Source: an uncultured Flavobacteriaceae bacterium
GTDB taxonomy: Bacteria; Bacteroidota; Bacteroidia; Flavobacteriales; Weeksellaceae
NCBI GenBank assembly: GCA_963519505.1
Contig: CAUQOP010000001.1
Location: 1 to 39,380, forward strand
Length of the DNA: 39,380 nucleotides
Direction of reading: 5' to 3'
This document shows, piece by piece, positions 1 to 9,339 of this stretch; positions within the stretch are counted from its first letter, which is position 1, and every line of letters starts with the position of its first letter. The notes below the pieces were generated by a model, which saw nothing but the letters and a program-made list of their open reading frames with translations, was not told where the DNA came from and did no database searches. The position numbers were made by a program, and so were the translations under genes.

Positions 1-7
1 AAAGAAG

Positions 8-1168
8 ATGAAAATGGAAAGATTTTTTATGAAAGGGAAATTTATAAGTAGCATACTAGTGCTGTTGGCACTGGCAGACTGCAGCCCCAAAGATAAATAT
101 GAATGGAATGCGGGAATGTCTGCACCTAAATATTATGGGAATGGAGGTCCAATGGTAGAGTATTTTTATAAAGGTAAAAGTGTAGCAGGGGCTTCCGCTA
201 ATATAGGTTTCTCTCCAGGCTGGGGAGTGACAGCGGGAGGCTATTCTGGAGGAGACCAATACAAGGATATCCCTGATAGTGTGGCTGTCAGCTGGATATG
301 TGCTACCGATAGAATAGAATACAGAGGAGGAGTGCGGCTTCCAAGGGAGCGCATGCTCGAGCTTTTTAAAAATGGGTTCAAGACAGTCTACGGTATGAAG
401 ACCACCTACACTTCTATAGTAGCAGGAATGGCTCCTGGAGGAAATGCTACCATATGGCTGCGTGGCTCTGAAAGACTTACAGAAATTATCAGGTTCAAAG
501 CAGAGAATAATGGAATATGGAAAGAACATGATGAAGACTATAACAGATATAAGAAAGAAGTAACTTCTTCAAAAAGTTATATAAATTCTGAAGGTAGTAT
601 ATTTCGGTATCTTCATGGCGTACCCTATGATGTTTGGGAAAAAGGAGACAAGGAATACGACTATGATATAGGTTTCAGCAGCGAGGGAGGACAAAAAATA
701 AAACCAAATGTTTTTACATTTTACACCAAAGACGGCACATGGTACCAGCCGAGCAAGGGAGATTTGGCTTTTCAGTCTGTAGACTGGCAGGAATGGGGTA
801 AATTTGAGTATAAAGAAAATAACAATCTTATTAAAAAACTAAAACTTCCTGTTGAGATTCATTTTTCGGTGGATTATAATGATGTTCTTTATATGGGGAA
901 CATCGTCCTTCCTCAAGATTTCAAGAAATATTTTGAAAACCAAGCCAATAACAGGATAACGATAGGGGTGGAAAAGAATTTAGAAACAGGTATTTTATGG
1001 GTATCGGGAAAGAAAGGCTTTCAAAAAGTCATGAGGTTTAAATTAGTAGAAGTTAAAGATGAAGAGCAGCCTTATTTTTATTCCCTGCCTAAAGGATTTA
1101 AGATTCCCAAATGGAACGGAAGAACTCCGATTGCCACGCCAGAGTTTGACTACTGGCAGGAGGAGTAG
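8..1168 (+). CDS. Lipoprotein, DUF2931-like T6SS immunity protein (Tli-type), paralogue A
   Basis: 386-aa ORF. The likely true start is the 8th codon (nt 29), giving the lipoprotein signal MKGKFISSILVLLALADC. By eye it is roughly 85-90% identical to ORF 38130..39296, which directly follows a DUF2235 effector. It shares the motifs PDS..V.W....Y.....LP and GMAPGG...WL.G with ORF 17368..18462. The immunity role is inferred from position and lipoprotein character. Confidence 0.6.
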   Translation: MKMERFFMKGKFISSILVLLALADCSPKDKYEWNAGMSAPKYYGNGGPMVEYFYKGKSVAGASANIGFSPGWGVTAGGYSGGDQYKDIPDSVAVSWICATDRIEYRGGVRLPRERMLELFKNGFKTVYGMKTTYTSIVAGMAPGGNATIWLRGSERLTEIIRFKAENNGIWKEHDEDYNRYKKEVTSSKSYINSEGSIFRYLHGVPYDVWEKGDKEYDYDIGFSSEGGQKIKPNVFTFYTKDGTWYQPSKGDLAFQSVDWQEWGKFEYKENNNLIKKLKLPVEIHFSVDYNDVLYMGNIVLPQDFKKYFENQANNRITIGVEKNLETGILWVSGKKGFQKVMRFKLVEVKDEEQPYFYSLPKGFKIPKWNGRTPIATPEFDYWQEE

Positions 1169-1476
1169 GGTGTAGTATAGAGAACATAGAACATTTTATA
1201 AATAATTACTATGGATATATTAAAGTTATAATAATATCATTTTTCCTTGCTCTCTTTTTCATAAATAGAAAATGCAAGAAAAATAAAGAAGAAAGACTGA
1301 GACAAAATAGAATTGCCGATAGACCATTAAAAAACACATATTCAACTTTTTCCTGTTAATAATCAGGGGAATACATGATATTTAGTAAAAAACTCTACAA
1401 AAGGTATTGTGTTTCAGATTTTTATTTTTAAATTTGGTTTTGTTTGAAATTTGAATAGATTTTAAAAAATTTTTAT

Positions 1477-1926
1477 ATGTTATCAAGTAAAGGCATTGGA
1501 GGAAATGAAGTTCCATTAGATGCGAGTGAAGCCATCTTTGAAATTCCTCAAAACAGAACACTTCTAGCACAAAAACTTACAGCAAATGACCCTGTAAAGC
1601 CAGAATTAGTGGAAGGGTTAAACTCCATTGAGGCGGTTTTCAGTCATTTTAAGCCAGAAATCAAAGTAGATTTTGAAGATGCTAATGGAGCTGTAAAAAT
1701 GGAAAATCTTCAGTTTAGAAACTTGGGGGATTTCGGTACAAAAGGAATTACTGCTCAAAGCAGTTTTTTAGCTGGACTAGAAACTGAAAAAGACCAATAC
1801 CAAAAGATTATCAAACAACTAAAAACTAACAAAATACTGAAAGCAGCTTTGGAAGATCCAGAAGCAAAGAAAGCTTTGTTTGATACCCTGCAAAATCTCA
1901 TCAAAGAACTAGATGGGAATAAGTAA
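1477..1926 (+). CDS. tssB: T6SS contractile sheath small subunit TssB (VipA family)
   Basis: 149-aa ORF lying 28 nt upstream of tssC. Size, position and overall family resemblance fit the small sheath subunit. No search was run. Confidence 0.8.
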   Translation: MLSSKGIGGNEVPLDASEAIFEIPQNRTLLAQKLTANDPVKPELVEGLNSIEAVFSHFKPEIKVDFEDANGAVKMENLQFRNLGDFGTKGITAQSSFLAGLETEKDQYQKIIKQLKTNKILKAALEDPEAKKALFDTLQNLIKELDGNK

Positions 1927-1954
1927 CACACTCATTTTTAATGTTTAAACTATT

Positions 1955-3337
1955 ATGGCAAAAGAATTACAACAAGCATCTTCTGCTTCTGAAAATATTT
2001 CACAGAAATTTAGTGATGAAACTCAAAAATCAGCTCTTTCTATTGAGAAAAGCCTTGAAAAATTGGCTCGCTACGGTGGATTTGATTTATTAGAAACCTC
2101 CATAGAAGGGGTGCAGAACATCAACCCTGATAGAAAAGCTAGAAGAAAAATTTTCCTTACTGAAAAAGGGAAAGAAAAAGAGCGTGAAACTTTGAAAAAA
2201 ACGCTTGAGCTTTGGGCAGATGTCATTAGTAAGAATGATGTACTGACAGATATGGTGGCTGATTGCGAAGACCAAAGAAAGTCTGCTGAAGACCTTCTTT
2301 CTAAAAACCTTGCTAGAGCTATAGAAATTACTAAAGAACTAGAAACTAACTACCGTACCATAGGACTTTTCTACAAGAATACAGAAGCTGATAAGGTTAA
2401 AAATATTACGGTAGTAAACGCTACTTTAGATCAGTTAAAAGACTTGGACAACACTCGTTTTATTGATACTATCCATGCTGAACTTTCTAACAATTATGAT
2501 AGATTAGACCTAAAAGATAACTATGGAATTTTGGTTATTCCAGGATATTTAGGATCTAATAAAGTGGTAGAAAAATGGGCAAAAATTGCTCACGAAAACA
2601 AAGTAATGCTCGTTACCGATTTCGAACATTTAGATGAACCTGATGATGTTATGGAAATGTTTGATCAAGCTTACCTAACGGGAGGAGATATTTACAGAGC
2701 TAATGTTCTTATGACTTGTAACTGGCTGGTAGGTAGAGGAAGATTTGAAGAAATAGATGAATTGGAAGATCTTTTTGTTCCACCTTCTGCTGCTTTAGCA
2801 GGGAAAATATATAAAACTCTAATGTCCCAAGTTACTGCTGGGAAAAAATTTGGAGGTATCAATGAAGTGGACGGAGTAAAATTTGACTTAAAGAAAAGTG
2901 AAATTGCCAACCTTGAAAACTTAGGATTGATTCCTATGGTGAATGAATATGGAAAAGTGATGGCTTTCTCTGGAAAAACACTATTTAATGGAGATAATCT
3001 AGGGCTTCAGACCTACTCTGTGGTAAGGGTTTTTGATTATGTTACCAAAGTTTTGATGGATTTCCTTAACCGAAGAGCATTTGAAAACTTCACTGCTGTA
3101 ACCAGAAAAGAAATTATGAATCAAATTGTAAGATTCTTGGACAGCATCACAGGACCTGGAAAACTGATAGAGAACTTCGAAATCCGAAGATTTGAACAAG
3201 ATCCTGTTCAAAAAGACAGAGTTCATCTTGATATTCATATGAAACCTTATTTCCCTGCAAAAAATTTCCTTATTAAAATGGATGGGCATAAAGGTGATGA
3301 AGGAAATCAATGGGAAACAGAATACGAACAAAAATAA
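1955..3337 (+). CDS. tssC: T6SS contractile sheath large subunit TssC (VipB family)
   Basis: 460-aa ORF of Bacteroidota-typical TssC length. It sits immediately after tssB and is followed by a hairpin terminator. Confidence 0.88.
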   Translation: MAKELQQASSASENISQKFSDETQKSALSIEKSLEKLARYGGFDLLETSIEGVQNINPDRKARRKIFLTEKGKEKERETLKKTLELWADVISKNDVLTDMVADCEDQRKSAEDLLSKNLARAIEITKELETNYRTIGLFYKNTEADKVKNITVVNATLDQLKDLDNTRFIDTIHAELSNNYDRLDLKDNYGILVIPGYLGSNKVVEKWAKIAHENKVMLVTDFEHLDEPDDVMEMFDQAYLTGGDIYRANVLMTCNWLVGRGRFEEIDELEDLFVPPSAALAGKIYKTLMSQVTAGKKFGGINEVDGVKFDLKKSEIANLENLGLIPMVNEYGKVMAFSGKTLFNGDNLGLQTYSVVRVFDYVTKVLMDFLNRRAFENFTAVTRKEIMNQIVRFLDSITGPGKLIENFEIRRFEQDPVQKDRVHLDIHMKPYFPAKNFLIKMDGHKGDEGNQWETEYEQK

Positions 3338-3356
3338 AATATACCATTTTATAAAA

Positions 3357-3388
3357 GAGCGGAAATTAGTTTTTCCGCTCCTTTTTTG
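3357..3388 (+). terminator. Rho-independent terminator between convergent tssC and tssF
   Basis: The stem GAGCGGAAA (3357-3365) pairs with TTTCCGCTC (3372-3380) around a 6-nt loop. It is followed by CTTTTTTG. An A-run precedes it, so it could also work on the minus strand. Confidence 0.6.
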
Positions 3389-3484
3389 TTATTTTAATTT
3401 GTTATATTTTATTTATTATATGTAGTATATATGATACAAAACAACATGTACTTTATATACTACATCGAAAATATAAGTATATAA

Positions 3485-5296
3485 TTATTTGTTAATCAAT
3501 CTATAAGGGTAGATGTTTGCTGAATTTTTTTCTAGATAAAGTAAAAAACTATCGCACAAATATTGCCATTCAGTTTCTGATAAAGGAGGTTGAGAACTCT
3601 GATTTCTAGTAATATAAATATCTATTGTACGGGTAAATCCACCTTTATTAGAAACCTCTTTTTTGGTTCCTTTTTTTATTTCTATTCCTGAAATAGTCTG
3701 TTTAAAATGTTTATTTCCAAAATTTTTAATATCTGCAGCTGTAACTATTCGTCCTCTACTGAGCATAGAACTTCGATATTCTAAGATTTTATCTTGAACA
3801 GATAAACTTTTACGCCCCCCAAATGAAGACTTTAGCATTACTGCTTTTGAAAATGACAAAGACTTACTATTATCAATCTCTAGGTTTGTTCCTGGTTTAA
3901 TATCATTACCTTCCTCACCTGTTGTCAACCAATATGAAATATCACATGAAAGAGCGTCTCCATTAGCAGATGAAATAACAAGGTAAGGATTACTTGCTTG
4001 AACAAAATTTTTCTCTTTAGAGAGCTGCTCTAATGCTGCCACATTTTGCTGAATACTTCTGAGAGTTTCTCGTGTCATATCTCCACCAATACTTGAAAAA
4101 GCAGCTGATTCATCTTTTATCAGTTCCAGAAGATATTGTAATAGTTCTGAAGCATTTCTTTGGTCAAATCTTGCCACTCCTCCTCGCCTAAGCACAACAT
4201 TTATTCTTTGATTATCATTTTTGAGGTCAAGTCTATCTCCTTCATCATTTTTTACATAATCTAAATCTAGAAAATGGTCATCTGATTGTATAGAAACTAT
4301 ATCGAGCTTTCCATTCATTCTTCGAAATAATCGTGTATTTTTTATATTTACAACAGGGAAACAGTTTAAGTTAAAACTTACATTTTCAAACACCTCACTA
4401 GTAAGCATCTCCGAAAATTCTAATTTTAACCATATAATATCTTCTGCATCAGATAATTGATGTTCAGGAAAATTCTCTCTAAAAATAATAGGTTTCTCTG
4501 TCTGTTCCGCAAGAGATATTTTTTCCTTCAAAGTAAAAAAATAAGGCTTATAAAAATCATTTATTTCACTATAAATTTGTGATAAATAATGATAATTTTT
4601 AGATATAATCCCTTCTAAATCAATATTTTTTAGTTCTACATTATACCCCTCTTCAAATTGCATTTCCTTATCTCCAAAATAAATTTTGGCTTGTTTAAGA
4701 TGATAAAAAAAGAATTCTTTTTGATAAGAATTATTGATATCAATATAAAATTGTAGATTTTCTATATTTTTTTCTTTAAAACAACGGATTCCCAACCATA
4801 ATTCGCCAGATTTTAATGGGCGATTTGCTCTGCCAATCCTTTCTGTAAAAAAATAACTTTCTATTTTATTTAAATCATTTCCAAAGGCAATATACTCAAC
4901 CTTTGCTTTATGTAGTTGGGCTTCTATTGTTGGAGAAAAATAAATATCTTTGAGGGTGTTCTCAGAAGGATTAAATATATTTACAATATTTTTAGTTGTT
5001 TTAAAAGAATCATACAAAGATAGTGAAGGATTGTCTTCTTGTGGTTCTACTTGGACCAGTGAATAAGCTGGATGAACTCCTAATATATTCTCTGGAAATA
5101 AAAGTTCTAGAATGCGCTCTATCATACGAGAATTAGAACTTTCCAAAGCGAAACCCAAACGCTCCAATTCAGATGCTATAGCAGATAATAATAAACCTAC
5201 TATTGGATCAAAAGAATTTTCCGATTCTAATTCATTATATCCCCATAATCGCGATGCTCTGCGCAATATTCTATCCTTAATCCTGTCTTGATTCAT
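3485..5296 (-). CDS. tssF: T6SS baseplate subunit TssF
   Basis: 603-aa ORF. The N-terminal ..SFDPIVGLLLSAIASELERL.. resembles the DPxVERLLEGFAFL motif of the TssF/ImpG family, and the length is typical. Confidence 0.75.
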   Translation of the reverse strand: MNQDRIKDRILRRASRLWGYNELESENSFDPIVGLLLSAIASELERLGFALESSNSRMIERILELLFPENILGVHPAYSLVQVEPQEDNPSLSLYDSFKTTKNIVNIFNPSENTLKDIYFSPTIEAQLHKAKVEYIAFGNDLNKIESYFFTERIGRANRPLKSGELWLGIRCFKEKNIENLQFYIDINNSYQKEFFFYHLKQAKIYFGDKEMQFEEGYNVELKNIDLEGIISKNYHYLSQIYSEINDFYKPYFFTLKEKISLAEQTEKPIIFRENFPEHQLSDAEDIIWLKLEFSEMLTSEVFENVSFNLNCFPVVNIKNTRLFRRMNGKLDIVSIQSDDHFLDLDYVKNDEGDRLDLKNDNQRINVVLRRGGVARFDQRNASELLQYLLELIKDESAAFSSIGGDMTRETLRSIQQNVAALEQLSKEKNFVQASNPYLVISSANGDALSCDISYWLTTGEEGNDIKPGTNLEIDNSKSLSFSKAVMLKSSFGGRKSLSVQDKILEYRSSMLSRGRIVTAADIKNFGNKHFKQTISGIEIKKGTKKEVSNKGGFTRTIDIYITRNQSSQPPLSETEWQYLCDSFLLYLEKNSANIYPYRLINK

Positions 5297-5585
5297 ATTG
5301 TTTTTAAAACTAAAACAAAAATAAATATTTATTTTTTAATTTTAAATCATATTTAATCATTTATATAAAGTATAATAAATACCAAACAATATATAAATAA
5401 TATAAAAATTAACTCTTTAAAGAAAATCCTATCCTAAGATAAATGATCTCTTCTTGGACTTTTATTTATATTTATTAACTTTTATTTTCCTTTTAAAAAT
5501 AAAAAAGACTTTTATTATATTTTAATATACTTTTAAGAAATCCGTTTATTCCCTTGTTTAAGGGCGATAGAGCTCGTTTTGAAGG
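5297..5585. other. Extremely AT-rich non-coding stretch next to the iterons (candidate DNA unwinding element of oriV)
   Basis: About 290 nt with almost no G/C and no ORF, directly abutting the iteron array. Confidence 0.4.
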
Positions 5586-5909
5586 GAGTGGAATTCCGAA
5601 AATAGGAGAGTGGAATTCCGAAAATGAGAGGAGTGGAATTCCGAAAAACCCTTGTTTTCAAGGAGAGTGGAATTCCGAATAAAGTATTTTTAGAATTTTT
5701 TAGGGAGTGGAATTCCGAAAATGAGAAAATTTTGAACTCCTTAGGGGAGTGGAATTCCGAAAATGAGCGTTTTTCTCGTTGTTTTTTTCTCATATTTGAA
5801 GATTAGGGAGTGGAATTCCGAAAACGGGAGGAGTGGAATTCCGAAAATAGGAGAGTGGAATTCCGAAAATGAGAAAATTTTGAACGCTTTGGGGGAGTGG
5901 AATTCCGAA
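5586..5909 (+). repeat. Iteron array (candidate plasmid oriV)
   Basis: There are ten same-orientation copies of the core GAGTGGAATTCCGAA (consensus about RGAGTGGAATTCCGAAAAT). They start at 5586, 5608, 5631, 5665, 5705, 5747, 5808, 5831, 5853 and 5895. Two clusters have 22-23 bp spacing. The core contains the palindrome GGAATTCC. The array lies immediately 3' of the Rep-like gene. Confidence 0.85.
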
Positions 5910-5940
5910 TTATTTATCATTTGTATATTATCTTTATTTT

Positions 5941-7026
5941 TTAGAGTATTTTGGGATATCCTTCTGGAAGTATTTTCCCTGTATGAGTTTGTCTATACAA
6001 AATAATGATATATTCCTGAAATTTTTGTAAGAATGATTGACCAATAAATTCTGTTGCTTTTTTGCCATTTCTTCTATTATTTTTTACAAACTCCTTATAA
6101 GCTTCTTCTAATAAATTTCTGCTGTTTACTATATTTTTATAATGATAAGCAAGGTGGGTCATTTCATTTTCTGATAATTGATGTCTTCTTATGAAATATC
6201 GTAATCTTTGTCTCACCAAAGTAGCATCTTGGGTCTCTTCAGAAATGCTATCATCTTGGATTCTTTTTGTAGCATATGGTTTTATATGAATTCTATTCTT
6301 GTCAATGCTATAATTAAATGATGTTTGATTATACCTATCTAGATTCTCTCTTATTGGTTTCAAAAATTTACTGCAAAAATCTTTAGTTGTAGAGTAATTT
6401 ATTCCAAACTTTTCGTTAAAAGTCTCTAGTTTCAAAGTAGTTCCTTCATAAGGTATTTTTGCTAGCCAAATTGCGAAAATAACATGTTTGTTATTCCTAA
6501 TATTATAAACTAAATTATATAATGTTGGATTATATTCAGGAATTACAATAAGTTTTTTGAGCCAATAACTGCTGATTAAGAAAGAAGTATACCCGCGCTC
6601 ATCATAAGTAGGTGCGGTTATAAGGCCTCCAAAGGTCTTAATTTCCTTGCCTTTAGAATTTATTGAGTTATACCAACCCATTTTAAATTTTGTAAGAAAT
6701 TCAACGGCTTCTATGACTTGCTTGGAACTTCCACTTGGAGAAATTAAACTGTTTTTAATTTTCATTGAAGCAAATGTATTATGCTCTGACTCAAATTCTT
6801 CCTCAAAAAGAGACAACTGCATTGGTCTGTCTTGTGGTCGAAGCTGTTCATTTCTCAAATCTGCTGCAATATTAAATATCGCCCTAAGAGCATTAATAGG
6901 GATGTCTACTGCTTTATTATCTTCAAATAAAAAATCATCAACAAAACTATTCCCTAGTCTAATAATTTCGGTTTGGGTCAAGTTTTTGTAACTCTTTCGG
7001 ACTATTCTTTTCTCGTTATCTTTCAT
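5941..7026 (-). CDS. Putative plasmid replication initiator (Rep)
   Basis: 361-aa ORF adjacent to the iteron array and near ParA. The size is typical of iteron-binding Rep proteins. The assignment is mainly contextual. Confidence 0.55.
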   Translation of the reverse strand: MKDNEKRIVRKSYKNLTQTEIIRLGNSFVDDFLFEDNKAVDIPINALRAIFNIAADLRNEQLRPQDRPMQLSLFEEEFESEHNTFASMKIKNSLISPSGSSKQVIEAVEFLTKFKMGWYNSINSKGKEIKTFGGLITAPTYDERGYTSFLISSYWLKKLIVIPEYNPTLYNLVYNIRNNKHVIFAIWLAKIPYEGTTLKLETFNEKFGINYSTTKDFCSKFLKPIRENLDRYNQTSFNYSIDKNRIHIKPYATKRIQDDSISEETQDATLVRQRLRYFIRRHQLSENEMTHLAYHYKNIVNSRNLLEEAYKEFVKNNRRNGKKATEFIGQSFLQKFQEYIIILYRQTHTGKILPEGYPKIL

Positions 7027-7114
7027 ATTTTTTTATTACCTTTGCAGAGCAAGAAGAGATTATTTATCTCAAAATAAAGCCTACATTACTTTTAAAGTTT
7101 TGGAGGCTTTTCTT

Positions 7115-7657
7115 TTATGGATAATCTACTAGCGGATGACTTTGCACTGTGTTATTCTCCTGCTCTATGATATCAAATTTTATTTTGCCGAAGCCTATTT
7201 CCTCTCTTTCAATTTTATGTTTTTTAGATAAATAGTATTGGTATAAATCTTCTTTACCTTTTTTTATTGACTCTTCATAAATCCATTTATAAATAGTTAT
7301 TTGATCTGATTTCACCTCCAAAATTTGGCTGTTGGCAATAAAAACATTGCGAATAATGGTAAAATTATTCCTTTCATAAGGAATTGGAATAAAATATCCC
7401 GTTCCTTTTTTGTTCTGAATAGAGTTTAGATAAAGTCTTATAATTTCTTTTTTCTTTATCATCAAAGGATTTCTAAAATTCCCCACTATTTCATGTGTTT
7501 TTTTTCGCCTTACATTATAATAAAGCCATTTTTGTGCATGAGAAAATTTATCTTCAATAAATCTATGAAACTTAAACAGACCAGTATTAATATTGTGATA
7601 AACCACAACCTCTCCTGTACTCAATTTTACTGCTGCTTCATAAGATTTATTTGTCAT
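7115..7657 (-). CDS. Hypothetical protein (last gene of the parA operon)
   Basis: 180-aa ORF on the same strand as parA, 5 nt after the preceding ORF. No motif was recognised. Confidence 0.45.
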   Translation of the reverse strand: MTNKSYEAAVKLSTGEVVVYHNINTGLFKFHRFIEDKFSHAQKWLYYNVRRKKTHEIVGNFRNPLMIKKKEIIRLYLNSIQNKKGTGYFIPIPYERNNFTIIRNVFIANSQILEVKSDQITIYKWIYEESIKKGKEDLYQYYLSKKHKIEREEIGFGKIKFDIIEQENNTVQSHPLVDYP

Positions 7658-7662
7658 ATCTA

Positions 7663-8097
7663 CTAAAATTTATCCTTGTATTTTGTTTTCAACTCCTGTA
7701 CTATTTCTGAAAATAGTTTCATTTGAGAAAAATCTAACTCCCCTTTTGTAAAAATGGTATAAAAATGATAGTTTTTTAAGTATTCAGAATCTTCCTCTGT
7801 CAGATAAGTGGATGTTATTTTCACTTCTCCAGGATTTTCCCTTCTTCCTGGTCTATACCTCACATTGGCTTTTCTTTGTTCCATCTTCCCTTTTGTCTGA
7901 CGGAGTAACTCTATTCCATCACTTATAGCTTTGGCATTGGTATATTCCAAGTTTTCATTTTTTACAATCTCATATTTTACGAATTCTTTAAGCCATTCCC
8001 AATCTGCTAGATAAATCCTAAAGCCATATTTAACCATTTTAGGTTTTTCTTCTTCTGGTTTTGAATCCAATATATCTAATTGAAAAACATTGTCCAT
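7663..8097 (-). CDS. Hypothetical protein, possible ParB-analogous partition adaptor
   Basis: 144-aa ORF starting 1 nt after the parA stop, which suggests translational coupling. This is the usual position of a centromere-binding partner. The segment KYGFRIYLADWEWLKEFV could be a ribbon-helix-helix element. The functional call is weak. Confidence 0.35.
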   Translation of the reverse strand: MDNVFQLDILDSKPEEEKPKMVKYGFRIYLADWEWLKEFVKYEIVKNENLEYTNAKAISDGIELLRQTKGKMEQRKANVRYRPGRRENPGEVKITSTYLTEEDSEYLKNYHFYTIFTKGELDFSQMKLFSEIVQELKTKYKDKF

Positions 8098-8098
8098 T

Positions 8099-8848
8099 TT
8101 ATCCTTCTATTTTCTTTATAATTTCTTTAACTAACTGTTTATAATCTTCACTTGCTCTTGATAAAGGCGCAACCTGAAAAATAGTTTTTCCTTCTTTTTT
8201 AGCATTTTCTACATTTACATCTTGCCGAATATAGGTCTCCAAAAAATACTGTCCTGCTTGTTGTTTTGCTAAATCACTATATACTCTAAAATTTTTAGTG
8301 TTAGTAAGAACTTTATTGAAGAAAAAACCTAAAAATTGTAACTTCGGATTATAATTATCTATAATTCTTTTTACTGATGGTAATAATTCATTAATCCCTT
8401 CAATAGAATACTCCTCTGCCTCAATTGGTGAAAGTACATAATCTGAAGCACAAAGTGCAATTTCTCCCAAACCCACTCTGCCACTTAATGGACGAGGCGG
8501 ACAATCTATTATAATGTAATCCAAATTCATTTTACTAGATAATATATCTATCATATCTTTCAAGACTGTTCTTTTATAATCTGTCTCCTCTACCCCTCTA
8601 TCTCCTGCTAATATGAATAAACTTTCTCCTTTTTGTGTCAAACGAAAATTACCTGTCTTCTCAATAAAATTTTTAACCGTATAAGGAAAATCTTTTGGTA
8701 TCTTATATCCAATTGACAAATTCCTTTGTGAATCAAAATCTATAATCAAAACGCGCTTTTTCATTTCTGCAAACGACGCTCCTAAATGAATAGATGTTGT
8801 GGTTTTTCCTACACCTCCTTTTTCAGTAATGATAGATATTACCTTCAT
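8099..8848 (-). CDS. parA: ParA/Soj-family partition ATPase
   Basis: 249 aa. It has the deviant Walker A ITEKGGVGKTTTS at the N-terminus and DCPP in the Walker B region. Confidence 0.9.
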   Translation of the reverse strand: MKVISIITEKGGVGKTTTSIHLGASFAEMKKRVLIIDFDSQRNLSIGYKIPKDFPYTVKNFIEKTGNFRLTQKGESLFILAGDRGVEETDYKRTVLKDMIDILSSKMNLDYIIIDCPPRPLSGRVGLGEIALCASDYVLSPIEAEEYSIEGINELLPSVKRIIDNYNPKLQFLGFFFNKVLTNTKNFRVYSDLAKQQAGQYFLETYIRQDVNVENAKKEGKTIFQVAPLSRASEDYKQLVKEIIKKIEG

Positions 8849-9304
8849 AAATCTTCCTTTTTTTCAAATCACAAATATAATAATTATTTTTAATATAAAA
8901 AATAACATACTACAAATACTACTTATAACAAATTTAATTTAAAATATAAATATTATTTATAGTTTATGTTTTAATGTACTTTATATAATAAATATGATTA
9001 TTTATTTTGACACTGAAAAAAAAACTTGTTTTTTTTCTCTATTTTATATTTAAACTCTTCTAAAATACATTGATTTTATCCCTAAACAACATCGTTTTTA
9101 ACGAAAAAACAAGGGTCTTTCTCAAAATATAAAATCTAAATAACTGGTTATCAAGTGTTTAATATTTAAAAAGTAGGTTTTTTTCTCATTTTTTGTGAAT
9201 TTATCACATAGCCGCCTTATTTCATTCTACAATTGCAGTTTTAGAAATAAGTGAAATATGTAATTAATCTTTATGATCCCTATTTTAAATTCATTATTTT
9301 TAAT

Positions 9305-9312
9305 TATTTTTG
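9305..9312 (+). promoter_or_regulatory. Candidate Bacteroidota -7 promoter box (TAnnTTTG)
   Basis: TATTTTTG lies 27 nt upstream of the ATG at 9340. The -33 element is not clear. Confidence 0.3.
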
Positions 9313-9339
9313 TGTCAATGGTTTAATTTTATTAAAATA

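Noticed and set aside
56-529. A long antisense ORF inside immunity gene A, with a similar one at 38103..38651 inside paralogue B, both conserved
   Set aside because: The conservation is a by-product of the DNA duplication. The sense frames have lipoprotein signals, family motifs and effector-coupled starts, while the antisense products are Cys/His/Ser-rich low-complexity strings.
1201-1359. An open frame downstream of immunity gene A encoding a TM-like peptide (..IIISFFLALFFINRKCKKNKEERLRQNR..)
   Set aside because: The frame has no ATG, GTG or TTG start after the upstream stop, and there is no RBS or promoter evidence. It is probably non-coding or a decayed remnant.
5586-5909. The repeat array considered as a CRISPR array
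   Set aside because: The repeat core is only 15-19 bp. Gaps between repeat units are irregular, from a few nt to about 45 nt, and partly repeated themselves. No cas genes are present. Position next to a Rep-like gene and an AT-rich stretch fits iterons.
5533-6005. Three ORFs in the track (5533..5793 minus, 5624..5806 plus, 5763..6005 plus) whose proteins contain repeated EWNSEN / FRNSTP peptides
   Set aside because: They are read-through translations of the iteron array. The peptide repeats simply mirror the DNA repeat GAGTGGAATTCCGAA, the ORFs overlap each other on both strands, and they have no plausible start context.
9014-9040. The A9/T8 inverted repeat (GAAAAAAAAACTTGTTTTTTTTC) upstream of parA considered as parS or a terminator
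   Set aside because: It is a homopolymer-based palindrome in a very AT-rich spacer, with no repeated copies or flanking specificity. It cannot be distinguished from low complexity.
9141-9155. The 15-mer ATAACTGGTTATCAA matching (14/15, inverted) 27465-27479, and the 14-mer ATGTACTTTATATA shared by 3445-3458 and 8966-8979, considered as possible element boundaries
   Set aside because: A rough expectation for a 39-kb AT-rich sequence is several such matches by chance. There is no extended similarity around them.
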